This document shows positions 24,190 to 37,752 of a DNA stretch of 64,000 bases, in pieces (position 1 is the stretch's first letter; every line of letters begins with the position of its first letter). Source of the DNA: Camelus ferus (lineage: Eukaryota); contig NC_045697.1 in assembly GCF_009834535.1 (NCBI RefSeq), positions 101,992,001-102,056,000 of the forward strand, written 5' to 3'. The notes under the pieces were generated by a model. The model ran no database searches. It saw nothing but the letters and a program-made list of their open reading frames with translations, and had not been told where the DNA came from. The translations under genes and the position numbers were made by a program.

Positions 24190-25515
24190 TAATTTACACA
24201 TTAAGATTCCCCAATTTAAATGCACCATTTGATGAGTTTTGACAAATATATGCAGTCATGTAACCATGACCACAAGCATAATGTAGAGCATTTTACCCAC
24301 TGACCAAAGTTAATGTGTACCCCTTGTAATCTCTCCTTCCCTGTCTCCCAGCCTGGGAAACCACTCGTCCATTTTCTGTCACTATAGATTTACTTGCCTT
24401 TATGACAATTTCATGGAAATGAAACCATGCGGTTTTCAGTCTTTTGTGCCTGATTCCTTTCATTTAGCACTATGTGTTGAAGATGTATTGATATATCAGG
24501 ATTTTCTTCTTTTTTGTTCCTAAACAGTGCTCCTCATTGTGTGGCTGCACCAGAATTTGTTTTCCCATTTACCAGTTGAAAATCTGGGTTGCTTCCAGTT
24601 TTTGGCGATTCTGAATAATGCTGCTATAAATATTCAAGCACAGGTCTTTGAGTAGATGTATCATTTTATTTCTCTTGAGTAAATACTTAGAGGAGGGGTT
24701 TCTGGGATTTAGTGACTTGTTTTCCTTGTGGGAAATGAACATAATCTAAAATTTACCATCCTGACTATTTTTTTTAAATTTATTTTTATTTTTATTTTTG
24801 GGGGGAGGTGATTAGGTTTGTTTGTTTACTTTAACAGAGGCACTGGGGATTGAACCCAGACCTTGTGCATGTTAAGAACGTGCTCTACCACTGAGCTATA
24901 CCCTCCCCTACCAGCTTAACTATTTTTAGGTGTACAGTTCAGTAGGGTTGCCTAGTCACATTATTGTGAAACATCTCCAGAACTTTTCCATCTTGCAAAA
25001 CTGAAACTCTGTACCCGTTAAACAACTCCCTATTTCCTCCTCACCCCAGTCTCTGGACACCATCGTTTTACTTTCTGTCTCTATGAACTTGTCTACTGTA
25101 GGTACTGGGTAAAAGTGGAATTATACAGTATTTGTCTTTTTGTGACTGGCTTATTATTTCACGTAGCATAATGTCCTCAAATTCTGACTCATGCTACCTA
25201 CACATCCTCAATGTAGCATGTGTCAGACTTTCCTTCTTTTCTTAAGGCTGGATAAATACTATTTTATTGTATGGACACACCACATCTTGTTTATCCATTC
25301 AACCAGCCATGAATATGTCGGTTGTTTCACCTGTTGGTTACTGTGAATAATGCTGCTATGAACAGGGGTGTGCAAATATCTCTCTGAGACCCTGCTTCTA
25401 ATTCTTTTGGATATATACCCAGATGTGGGATATATGTTGGACCATATGGTAATTCTATTTGTAGTTTCTTGAGGATCTGCTATACTGTTTCCCACAGCAG
25501 CTGTACCATCTCACA
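24190..25515 (-). mobile_element. Old L1M fragments with a nested vic-1-like SINE (about 24768-24908)
   Basis: Two antisense L1 3' regions. The SINE interrupts the second, with actattttt on both sides. Confidence 0.8.
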
Positions 25516-26101
25516 AGCCCATCAGCAGTGTAAGTCAGTGCATTTCCCTTGCAGTATTAAAAACGTAGCAATGCACAGGTTTAGAGCTGAAAGAGCAAGA
25601 AGTAGCCACAGCGATTGAAAAGACCCAGACAGACCAGACTTAGGACACAGAGATTTTGTGCAGTAACTCAATACACCAAATAAGTAATTTTCGAAAATCC
25701 TAAGTGTTTCCCACCACACTTCTCCTTAGTAAAACGCAACTGCGGGTATGACAGTGAGCTCCTAGGTCAGACACTCTAGGTCCAGCAAGGGTCTCTTTTG
25801 CTTATAGCTATGGTACGTGCATATATGCATGCGAACACCGACGTCCACCTTCTTCTTGCTAATAGAATCAACACAAATACAGATTGTCATCTGTGATGTG
25901 TGCTGCCTGTATAAATATAGCTTGTTTAAAAATGAGAATTATTTCCAAAGTGACTCCTGAGGATTTGCTCAGAAGGCACTGACTCTACGTCCCTCGTCGT
26001 TTGCAGGGGTAGATTATGGGGCAGGATGAACCGTCTTACTGAGGAGGGGTTTAATTCTCTAAAATTAACGTTAAAACCAAAGAATTCATTTCAGACTAAC
26101 A

Positions 26102-26306
26102 TGGTGGTATGCTGCTAAATGTTTAAGAAACAAACCAGAAAGCCACACAAAATCCCTGATTTGTAGCTTTGGCTGATTTTTGTCATGTAAATATTCCCAC
26201 CATGGCCAGTTTCACTATCAATGTGAAGTTACTGAACCCAGAGTTGGGAAGAGATGCACACAACTGGCTCTCATGAGGAGTACTGGCTGGATCCAGCATG
26301 CCACTC
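26102..26306. mobile_element. hAT DNA-transposon relic (MER63-like)
   Basis: Terminal inverted repeats tggtggtatgctg / cagcatgccact; internal agttgggaagagatgcac and ccctgatttgtagc. Confidence 0.65.
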
Positions 26307-29300
26307 CATCCATGATGACAACAGCATAGGCTTCCCCTCCATGCCCATCTCAGACAGGGAGTCTGAGAATCTATGAAATTATTTTAAAAATTAATTGTTG
26401 CTTTACAGAGGGTGCCTATGGCTCAGTCTCTGCGGCTACATAGTACACTTGCTCTGTAAAAACCATAAATGATGCTTAGAGTCAGAGAGAAAGATCTCTC
26501 AAGAAACCACATTAAAGGGTGACTGAATCACTATAGCACGGCATTTGATAACTTTATGAGGTGGCTAGGATACTTTATCAATGAGGAAATCGAGGCAGAG
26601 AACACCCCAGTGTCTTGTCTAGGAGTCAAAGTTCCATCTCCCAACAGAGCATTTTTTAACTTCCCCATGTTGTCTTTATTGTATTACTCAATTACAAATT
26701 CTTTTAAATAGACAAATTTCCTTTAATGTATATTTTTAATACGGCAGCAAGACAAGATACTGCCTTTCTGTAAAAAACATTGCATCAAACTCCTGGTCAG
26801 AGTAGGCAGTGTCAGAAGCCCCAGGCACAGTTCATTTCATGCTCAGGGGGGTCCTTGACTTGGGGGAGGTGCGGGAGTCAGTGGAGAGAAGTGGAGAAAG
26901 GAGAAACAGGGCTGGAGCAGCATGGGAGCTTCTGTCTAGAGTCGTCTGGGACATCTGTTCCCAGCAGTTTGGCTGGCTAGGTATTCTGAGATGCTCTCCC
27001 ACAGCAAAACATCTAGAAGAAATAATTATTCTGGCTTTTCTGTGCTCACAGGAGGTAAGGGAAATCATCAAGGGCCAAAACCAAGCAAAACCAAAAAGAA
27101 CACCTTAAAACCCCAAACTCCAAAACACTACAGCTAGAGAAGAGATTCCCACTCAAGCTGGGATTCAGAATCAGCACTGCAGGGGAGACTGGGCCACGGA
27201 CCTATGGCACCACCAGGGAGATGAATCTGAAACTCTGCGATCTGGCCTGGGACGCACGGGAGTAGGAGTATTTCTGGGTCAGCACTGCTCTCAGATCCCT
27301 GGATAAGCCACGCAAATCTGCCTTGGAGGAAAACATCTTCAAGTAAAGCTCCCAGGTCTTTCACAGATTCAGATAATTTTAAGAGGATCTTAAAATGCAT
27401 AGAAAAGATAGATCACAACGAAGACGACTTTTAGACCAAAAGCAGACTTTTTAGCAAGACAATGGGAGGCAGAAGGCAATGGAATAATAACTCCAAAATG
27501 CTGGGAGAAAGTAACCGTCCACCTAGAATTTCACGACTGAGGTTGAAGTGAAGACACGTTCTGATAAACAAAAAACTAAGGATTAACCCTTGGCAGACCT
27601 TCAGTCAAGGGACTTCTAAATCATCCAAAGAACCCCTTTGAGATGCAAGGTATAACTTCTAAAACCTATAAAAACACTGATACCTAAATAAATAAAAAAG
27701 ATTCTTTTTTTTTAGGCAAAGGAGAAAGTCTTTTGCCTGGATGTGCTTGGAACCTGCTTTCTACCTCCTCCTAACTTGACCCAGAGAAACAACCTAATCA
27801 CAGACGTGGGGTGGTCCATGGCTGTGGTTTACCACAGTCCCTTCAACTGGATAAAGATGATTGTTTTAAAAACCTCAACATATCTGACTTTGCACTGACC
27901 AAAACCACAGGGTGAAAAAAAAAAAACCCACAGGATGATTCAATACTGTTTCTGTTTTATTGGGTTTAGGTTCTAGTGGCTTGTTCTTCATTGGCTATTT
28001 TTCCAAGACGAGCAATTTCCCAACGAGAAAGTGACTATTGAAAAGAAAAAGATGATTATCTTGAGAATAAAACAGGGCCCAAAACTGTGTAATTTGCACA
28101 TCCTTCTCCAATATATCCTGGAGATTAAAACAATTTAGAGCAATAGTTCTCAGCCAATGATAGAGAGTTTATTCCTTCAGCTCTTCTTCTTCTCCCAATT
28201 TTTTCTTTAAAATACAATACTTCCACATCATTGTCTGAGAATACATTTGGGGACCTTCCGATTCCCATGAAAACGCAGCATAAATCTGCCTCTTTCATCT
28301 GCTTGCAAGTGTATTATTACACGGTTGTATCTGTGAATCACTATTAATACATAGAGCGTGAGTCTGCTTTCCATTCAACTGTTTATACATGAGTCATATT
28401 TATTTTATTCATGAAAATGCATAATCGGTAGACATTTGTTTTAACAAGGCTTGCAGAAAAGTTTAAATAACCAAATTGAATTTATCCTCTGAGATATTTA
28501 ATTGTCTGAGGGGAGTAGGTAAAGACAGATGCCATAATGATGCTTGAGTGTGCATTAAAATTGTACAAGTGCTCTCTGTCTTACAATTCTACAGAGGTGT
28601 ACGAGAATCAGGATTGGAGTGTGCACACCGTGGCTTCGTGCTCCAGGGAAGGACCCTGACCCCGTCATATTCTCTCTCTCCCTTTATTTTTATTGCAGGT
28701 GTGAGAATAGTCCTTTGTGTGAGGAATCAAGGGTTAAAGCTCAGGTGCCAAAGAGTCTGAGTTGTGTGCCAGGGACACAGGGAGCTTTCCGGGAACACCA
28801 GCCCTTGAACCTGAACCCCTTATGGGAAGCTCAGCTGGGGTGTAGCTTCAACCTTCTGGGGAGGAGGCATCCCTGTATCCTGGCTGGTTTGCTGCCAGAC
28901 ACTGTGTGCTTCCCCGGTTCCCTCTGCTTGTCCTTTCACAGTGTAGCTCTTTCCAGAGGCAGAAGGATGGCCCCTTTCTATTTATTAATTATACATTATC
29001 TTCCAAGTTGGGCCATTTTCCACTTCATTTCTCCTACTCACATCTAAGAGACCTAGAATCATTGTCTTCCAGACGCTCCGCTTGTGGACAGGGAATATGC
29101 CACCAGTCCCGGAAGCAGCCCAGCTGGAACCCTAGGGCAGATGAAGAGGGTCCTTCCTCCAACAGCTGCTCTGCCCACCTGCAGCCACTGCCCTGTGAAC
29201 CCTCATTCTTTGTAAGACCCCAGCTAGAGCCCTGAGTGGACCTGGAACAGAGTGCTGGGACGTCCTCCCAGGGATCAGCTGACAAAGAAGACCCAAAGGA

Positions 29301-29697
29301 CTGCCTTGCTGTGTTATTTCTTCTTGTTGCTTTTCCCACACTAGGTAACACCACGGTAAAACTTAGGAACTGCTGAAGTTACATGTAGCTGGCGGTATCT
29401 GATGCCTTCAAGAAGGGAGTCCTTAGTTAAAGGACAGGTTACTGGGCTGTCCGACTCTAAACATACAACCAAACACAAACAGGAAGATCTTGAAGCTGTG
29501 CTGGAAAGCCTTGTCCTTGTAGTTGGTTTCGAGTATCTCAGAATAAGTTGTGTGCTTACTGCCAAATCCCCTGTCCTCTGAGGCAGAGAATTTATTCTTT
29601 TTCCTCTTCTCAACTTTGGCACTACTGATATTTTGAGATTTTTTTGTTTTTTAAAAATTGACTTATATTTTCTTTTTTTCTATTTTTCAAATGAAGG

Positions 29698-30241
29698 TGT
29701 TAGGTAGTTAGATAAGTGGGGGCACTGGGCTGATAAGGTGGAGGACAGGGAGGAAGGTCTGGAAGATGGTGATATGCCCGCCTTCAGCATAAGGGGCTTT
29801 ACTTTCTCTGAATGAGTGCCAGCAAGAAACCAGCTGGGACCAGATGGCTGCAACTGCACGGTAGTGACAAGGACCTAACTGGACATGATCCAATACTCAC
29901 TGTAATATAATTAGCACTGTGGCTTAGGAACACTCCCCACCCACCGTGGATTTTTCTGTGTGCATGATGGGTAAGGAGGGTTGGACATGACTAAGCAATC
30001 CAGGGGCAAGAGCCATCAATCAATTAAGAGATCGTCCCTAAAGGAGGGTATAAGACAGAGTGACAAAGACCGGAGCTGCCATCCTCTCTTGGATCAGCCT
30101 GTCTTCCGCTCTTGGACATATACTTTTGCTTTGCTAATAAAATCTTAAGAATTTTAAACTACACAATGCTTTTGTCTCCCATCTGAATTCTTCTCTTCTC
30201 TGGCAAGACAAGAACCGAGGCCTTCCCCTTCTGGGGTAACA
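29698..30241 (+). mobile_element. Solo ERV LTR (544 bp) inserted into a vic-1-like SINE
   Basis: TGTTA...TAACA termini, TATAA near 30048, AATAAA at 30136-30141, flanks aagg/gagg. The SINE resumes at 30242-30313. Confidence 0.75.
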
Positions 30242-30414
30242 GAGGCACTGGGGATGGAACCCAGGACTCGTGCACACTAAGCATGCACTCCACCACTGAG
30301 CTGTACCCACCCCCGAAGTTGATACTTTGAACAGATTATTTTTTACTGTGGGGGTTGTGCATTGTCAGATGTTTAGCAAGTGTGAGCAGAGATTTCAACA
30401 GACTGGATATACGA

Positions 30415-31660
30415 AAGGAGAGTGGTCAGACCATGCATAAAAATAGAACTCTGACCTACAATCTGCAGCAACTAGTGTAGGAAGTCAAACCACAACTGCT
30501 GTTAACAATCGGCCCCAATTGGTCAGGACTTAACAATTCCCAGTTCCTCTAATTTCTGCCCCAGCTTCCAATTTAGGACCAACTGGAGAAAGCCAAACAT
30601 GCTCCCCTAATCAGTTACACAGGGTGCATCCAGCTTCCAAGCTGACAGCCTCCAATCAGGGTTTATCCTGAAGACTCCCCTTTTTTTTCACTATAAAGCT
30701 TTTCACTCCTCTGCCGGCCTTTGAGTCTCTGCTGAATGCTAGAGATGGTGGCTGACCCTCCTGCTACTGTGAGCTCTGAATAAATTAGCCTTGGACATAA
30801 GTAATACACATTCGGTCATCTCCATTTCCTGGCGCACAGCTCCTAAAACCCTTAGAGACTTTAAAGCGATGGGTTGTTTTGTATGCTAATGAGATGACTG
30901 TGCTGGGGCTCCTGGAGAGCCTCTGGATGGGGACTGGTTGCCAGGGAAACCAACCAGGTGCTTAAAGGGTAGGAATTTTTAGCCCCACTCCCTAGCCTCC
31001 AGGCACAGGAGAGGGGCTGGAGGTTGAGTTAATCACCAAAGGCCAATGAATTCATCAATCACGCCTCCGTAATGAAGCCTCCATAAAAAAAAATTCCAGC
31101 CAAAGGAGCTCAGAGAGCTTCCAGGTTGCTGCACACATGGAGGTGCCGGGAGGATGAGTGCCCAGAGAGCGCATGGCAGTTCTGTGTCCCTTCCAGCAGA
31201 CCTTAGCTTACACATCTCTTTCATCTGGCTGTTCCTGGGTTGTATCCTTTGTAATAGACTTGTAATCTAGTAAGTAAACTGTTTTCCCAAGTCATGTTAG
31301 CTGTTTTAGAAAATTATCGAATCCAAAGAGGGGGTGGTGGGAACCTCCAGTTTATACCCTGTTGATCAGAAGCACAGGTGACAACCTGTACTTGCTATTG
31401 GCATCTGAAGTGGGGGCGGTCTTGTGGGACAGAGCCCGTAACATGTGGGCTCTGTGTTATCTCCAGGTAGATCGTGTCAGAGTTGAATAGAGTTTCAGGA
31501 CATCTAGTTGGATATCTGCAGAAACTGGAGAATTGCTTAGTGTGGGGAAAACCTGCACAGGTCTGCTGTCAGAAGTGAGATGCTGGTGTGAGTGTAGAAG
31601 AGTGTAGTTTACTTTTATAGCCTATTCTTGCTCTCATTTGGATGGTTTTCATATAGTTCC
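30415..31660 (+). mobile_element. ERV1-type LTR interrupted by a MER21-like LTR (about 30792-31618)
   Basis: Outer element: aaaatagaactctgacc...ctataaagct...ctctgaataaa. Inner element: ctcctaaaaccctt...atgctaatgagatgact...taatgaagcctccataaaa. Confidence 0.65.
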
Positions 31661-32195
31661 ATCATTTTTGTCTATTACATAGTTCTAATGAGTTAGAAGA
31701 TATGAGTGGACACAGGAGAGCTAAATTTTGACTGTACAGAATGGCAAGGTCAGAAAGAATGGCTTGTTTTGAGTTGTGAGGACAGCTGGGCCTGTGATTG
31801 GGGAGGATTTTTAGTTGTTGGAGGGGTGGAGGGAGGCGAAGAAGAGCGACTGAGTGGTGTATACAGACCATTTCATGTTGTTTCCTTTATGCAATGATGA
31901 CTATTAAAATTTAAGAATCCTTATTTATACTTTCTACCAGCATATATACACTATTTTATATAAAATGTCTAATTTGACCCTCACAAAATTTTGTGTATAG
32001 TCACAACAGAGGTTTTGAATTCCAGTTTTGAGTATAATTTTATCCCTGGTGGAGATCAGCTCAGAGCAGTTAGGGCACCCACACAGCGTTGCATGGAGTC
32101 AAGGAGCAGAGGTCACCACCCAGCCACCCCCAGCATCACCGCGGTCCTGTACTAAGACCCTATTCCTGGATATCAGTACCAGCAAAGCCTCATAC

Positions 32196-32321
32196 CTCGA
32201 TGTGTAGAGCAAATGACTGTGAGTTCTTGGCTTGCATCTCCCGACCGTCTTACAGGAATCAAAAGCTCCCCGATGTCCTCCTCTATTTTGTATTCTGCCT
32301 CTGGAATATAAACTGTTGATT
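32196..32321 (-). CDS. FREM3: FREM3 exon 5 (126 nt, phase 1/1), start of second Calx-beta domain
   Basis: Acceptor ttcctag|AA and donor CGAG|gtatga. Translation: [42 protein letters not shown](G). Not in the ORF track. Confidence 0.95.
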
Positions 32322-32879
32322 CTAGGAAAGATGGAAGAAGATTTTTCTGCAAGACTTCAATTTGACTGGCAATACTGGTGATATTTTATCCAAGTGGAAA
32401 TGTACATAATCTTTGACCCCTATATTTTCCAATATGATTAACTATATGAAATACAGTAAGAATAGGAAATATTTATCATTAAGTGGAACTGGAGAGGCAG
32501 TGGAATTGAGTTTAGGAGACCCCTTTGGAAAGATTATCTAGCACTAAAATGGAAAGAGAAATCACAGAATTTTGTTGCCTTTTTTTTTTTTTTGAGGTCA
32601 CATTTTAGGTCTTCTAAATGAAGTTCACAAATTTCTGCCCTTCTTTTACTTTTATTTTTTTTTAATGCTTTTAACAATCAGATAATCTAATTCATTACCA
32701 TAAAAATATTTTTTCCTGCTTTATTTAACAAACATTTGATTCAACATTTATTGAGCAGATACCATGTGTAAGATACAGGGCTGACTACTTAATATGCTGA
32801 GAAAAATAAGATAGTCATCCTACCCTTAATTCTTAAAATGATATTCCCACTGACATTTACGTGTGTACGTATGTACGTG

Positions 32880-32918
<39 letters not shown>

Positions 32919-34959
32919 CTTATATTACTGTTCTCTGCTATGCAGTTTGGATAACGGTACATCATCAGAGCAGTCACCAAAATATGAGTAGGAATACTGG
33001 TCATCTCTTGTTGATGGAATTACATGCACTATTTTTCTTTGGACTTTCCAGTGTTTTCCAAGGCTTTTCATTAAGCATGCATTCTGTAGTTAAAATATAT
33101 GTGTTGGTTTAAAAAATAAAACTTTGAGGTAGGTTGTTCCTACTCACAGTCAAGTGGAGACTCTCAGAGCTCTCCTCCACATCATCTATACACAAAGATT
33201 CCCCCTCTTGGCGATGGAAGCAAGAAGGAAAAATATTGTAGGAGGCTGTCCTTTCTTCTTTTGGAACTATTACTAAGTAATAACCCAGATTCAACATTGA
33301 ATTATCTAGTTATCATACGTTAAATCTTTTTCTTCTTTCTTTTCCTGACTAAATTGGTTCCAACGAGTACTGCTGTCAGTCTCTAGGAAAATACCGGTCC
33401 CAAGTTACAGAGGAGGAAGACCAGTGATAATTTTCTTTCTGCCACTTCACTCTGCTATGGTAGTCTACTGTCTGCACATCTCTCGATTCAAAAGGTTGTC
33501 ATCGGGGAAGAAGCTAAAAGTAAATTAAAGTTATTACTGCCTTGAAAAAAATAGATACATTAGGATGAAGTTATTCAGTCACATGCTCTATTTTCTCATT
33601 CTGGAAGATCTGTTTGCATCTATCTACACATCCAAAGCCCACTGTATTCTTGAAGACTAGCTCAAATCCTGCCTCCTCCAAAAGGCTTCACTGCTTAGAA
33701 TGATGGTGATCTCTCCACTTTCTTACCTCAGAACTCTTACTGTTTTTGCCATGTGCCCTCACATCTGGCTTTCCTGATGGATTCATGGGTCTAAGTGTTG
33801 TTATCAACAAAATGGATCAGATACCTAGTCCGTTGGGTGGTGAGGGCTGTGTTTTCTATTTTTGTCTGCTGGAGAGCAAAACCCATAGAACAGTATTTCT
33901 CAAATTGTGTTTCAAGAAAATCAGAAATTTTAAAGGATATTCTCTGGGGACAACAAATTTAAAAAAAAAAAAAAGGTCTATAGTCTAGTTTGGGAAAACT
34001 GGTTAAATAGTTAAACAGGTTTCTTTATAGGAGGGTTTCTCAGAAACCTTGTATGCGAAGGTGAATTATGATGCTTCAAAACAGGGGAGTTATTTGAAAA
34101 GTTTTTTAGGCTTATTTGGTCCATGAAAAGTTTTATAATTCTGTTGTAGAAATTCTATTATATTACAGCTTTCTGTTATGCAGTTTGGGGCACGTTAATA
34201 CAGAGGATTCTTCGTAGATCCTTGTAGCATTTTCCTAAGACTTCCTGAGAGTGAAGTCATGTACTTCTGGGCAATACTTGAATCATTTCAACTATCTTGA
34301 TAATCAATGTGTCTAATTAAAATTCAGATAAGAATGCTAAAATCTTCTTTTAAGGACCATTGTTCTACTTTCCCAGAAAGGGGGAGCACATAGCACAATC
34401 ACTGGCTAAAGTTCCTTTTTTTTTCCTTTTTAATTTCCCTGGGGAGATACTTGCTGAATGAATGAACCAATCAGTGAGCGGAACGAACTGATGAATTCAA
34501 GAATATGATGCACAACTCTAACAGAACTTTGTGGAACACGTGCTAAAATTAATGAGTTGGCTGGTTCTCAGAGGCCACATCTATGGCAAGGGATATATGA
34601 GGTCCCCACCTGATCTGGTAGGGAGCTTCCAGAAAACTGTGAGAAGATGGTGGGCCTGGAATGAGCCCATTTTGGGGCAAAGCTGTGCCATACTGAGTGT
34701 GCAGAGAACTAATGAGGAGGACTTGGGCATTTGTTAAAGGAAGGCTGGCAAAGTTCTGTCTATTTCAATTTTCCATATCCCTTTTCAAAAATCCTACAAA
34801 CAAAGGAAGAATTACTGCCTTGAGATGATTTACCTAGCTTTAAATCTTAAATGGTATGAACATGTCCAGTGGCTTATGGAGACTGGGGGAGGTAAAAAGG
34901 CCTGAAATGGACCCGGAACCCATCCTGGTTAATAGATCGTATCAATAGGAACCACATAC

Positions 34960-35190
34960 CATCTTCAGGGTCCACAATTTCAATAGTTGCCATTTCTGGA
35001 AACTCTACTGCAGCCAAGATAGGGTTCGTCAGAATGATCCGGAAGGTCTCTGATGCCTCGTATTCCTTGTCAGATAGAATTCTCACTCTCCACGTGGCTG
35101 TAGTCTGTCCAGGATTGAATTGTACCTGTGTCTCGGCCTTTTGTTTAAAATCTTTACCTTCTTTTGCAGTTTCTTCTTTGGTTACAATGC
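34960..35190 (-). CDS. FREM3: FREM3 exon 4 (231 nt, phase 1/1), Calx-beta
   Basis: Acceptor tttag|GC and donor GATG|gtatgt. Translation: [76 protein letters not shown] (within ORF 34874..35281). Confidence 0.95.
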
Positions 35191-35329
35191 CTAAACAAAA
35201 ATCAGAGACTATAAATATAAAGCCAAGTGACTGAAGAAGAGATGTTCCTTCACAGTGGATTCTATTGTTGATGAAAAGCAAATAACACAGAAATTGCTTC
35301 TTTTAATGTTCCCAGAAGATACTTATAAA

Positions 35330-35811
35330 CTTTTTTTTCAATTGAAGTACGGCTGATTTACAATATTGTGTTAGCTTCAGGTGTACAGCAAAATGATTCA
35401 GTTTTTTAATATATATAAATACTTTTATATATAAATAAATATATATAATTTTGATTATTTTCCATTATAGGCTATTATAAGATATTGAATACAGTTCCCT
35501 GTGTTATGCAGTAAATCCTTATTGTTTATCTATTTTATATATAGTAGTTTGTATCTGTTAATCCCATACTCCTAATTTATCCCACCCCACACTTTCCCCT
35601 TGGATAACCATGTTTGTTTTCTATGTCTGTGAATCTGTTTCTGTTTTGTATATAGACTCATTTGTACTATTTTTTATATTCTACATATAAGTGATTTATA
35701 ATATTAATCTTTCTCTATCTTACTCCATTAAGTATAATATTCCCTAGTTCTACCCATGTTGCTACAAATGGCATTATTTCATTCTTTTTTTATGGCTGAG
35801 TAATATTCCAC

Positions 35812-35861
<50 letters not shown>

Positions 35862-35975
35862 ACAGTTTCTTAAGCCAATCATCTACTGATGAACATTTGT
35901 GTTGTCTCTATGTCTTGGTTGTTTTACAAAGTGTTGTGATGAACATTGGGGTACATGCATCTTTTTGAATTAGAG
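35330..35975 (-). mobile_element. L1 3' end with (CA)n and TSD ttataaact
   Basis: Antisense L1 3' UTR text; ttataaact on both flanks. Confidence 0.88.
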
Positions 35976-37084
35976 TTATAAACTCTACTTTTGGCTAAGA
36001 CAATGTATCTAAGCAGAGGGGCATGAAAGTGAGAGGAAAGCGGGGAAGGAGTGACAGAAGAGAGAGGACAGAGAACTCTACAAACGTTCACTGAGGGCAT
36101 TTGATGTGCCAAGCTCTGCCAGGTGCTCGGGATTCAGAGGTGAGTAAGAAACTGCTCCAGCTCCAGAAAGCTCAGAGTCTGAGGGAGAAGATGCTAGAAT
36201 GTAAACCCCATGGAGACAGAGACCTTTGGCTGTTTGGTTCACTGATGGACTCCGAGTGACTACAACGGTGCCTGGCATGGAGTAGGAAGTCAGTAAGTAT
36301 TTTCTGAGTAAATATTTTGTATCTGATCATTTCAATTTCTGCAGCCTCTGGGAGAATAATTCTAGGTTATTTTCCTCATGCAGATTTTTAGTCACAGTGG
36401 CTTGATTTTTTAAAAATGTGTTTACTGATTTTTGATGGTGAGAGATTGTTAGTAATTTTCCAGACAAATAAGACACCGTTGGTGGAAACAGAGAGATGGG
36501 TATAGATTTGAATACTGTTAGGAAATAGGAAGAAGCAACTTACTGAAGGAACTGAACAACAATGAAACTGTTAAAAATCCGCAATGTGATATACAAGGGT
36601 GGAAGGAACTAGCACATCAAAACTGAACCGATCCTCCCCTCTCCAGGGAGTGTTCAGCATTCTAGTATTGTTTGGTTTTGATTTAACATCCCAATGAACA
36701 CCTAACGGAGCATGGATACCCAGGTCTCATTATAAGGTTTAGACTCTGCAGTTGTTTGAATGTGTGAAATCAACTATTATGGCCTGACACCAGCTATTGT
36801 GAAAGGCTTTATATAAAATGAGATTCAGAGCCCCTTGTGCCATTTCTGGCCTCATTCTCAGAGAATCTGACATCGTGTAAAAGATGCCCGAAGCTCTAAA
36901 GCATGAAAATAATTTCCAGGATAGAAGAGCTAGCGTTGACTTTTCAAAACTGCTGAAGAAAGCCTGCATTAATACTAGTTTGGCAACTGAGAATGGATGT
37001 CCAATTTGGAAGAGCCTCCTTCAGTCCCAAGTTGACATGGAAAAGATAAGGAAGAGGAGGGTGTGTCCTCAGCCACAGTTATTT

Positions 37085-37752
37085 ATTTATTTTTAAAATT
37101 GAAGCATAGTAGCTGTTACAGGTGTACAATATAGTGATTCACAATTTTTAAATGTTATACTCCATTTATAGTGATTATAAAATATTTGCTAAGTTCCCCA
37201 TGTTGTACAGTACGTCCTTGTAGCTTATTTTGTACCTAACAGTTTGTATCTCTTAATTCCCTTCCCCTACCTTGCCCCTCCCCCCTCCCCTCTCCTTGCT
37301 GGTCACTAGTTTGTTCTCTGTATCTGTGAGTCTGCTTCTTTTTTGTTATATTTACTAGTTTGTTGTATTTTTTAGATTCTCCATGTAAGTGATATTATAC
37401 AGTGTTTGTCTTTCTCTGACTTACTTCACTTAGTGTGATGTCCATGTTGCTGCAATTGGCAAACTTTCATTCTTTTTTGTGACTAATGTTCCCTTGTGTG
37501 TATGCATATGTGTATATGTATATATATAATATATATATGGCATCTTCTTTATCCATTCATCTGTTGATGGACACTTAAGTTGCTTATGTATCTTGGCAAT
37601 TATTAACAATGCTGCTATGAACATTGGGGTGCATGTGTCTTTTCTAATTAGTGTCTTTGTTTTTTCAGACATATACCCAGGGGTGCAATCTCTGGGTCAT
37701 ATGGTAGTTCTATTTTTAGTTTTTTGAGAACCCTCCATATTGCTTCCCACAG
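37085..37752 (-). mobile_element. L1 3' end
   Basis: ORF2 C-terminus-like peptide KDTCTPMFIAALLIIAKIHKQLKCPSTDEWIKKM followed by 3' UTR. Confidence 0.88.
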
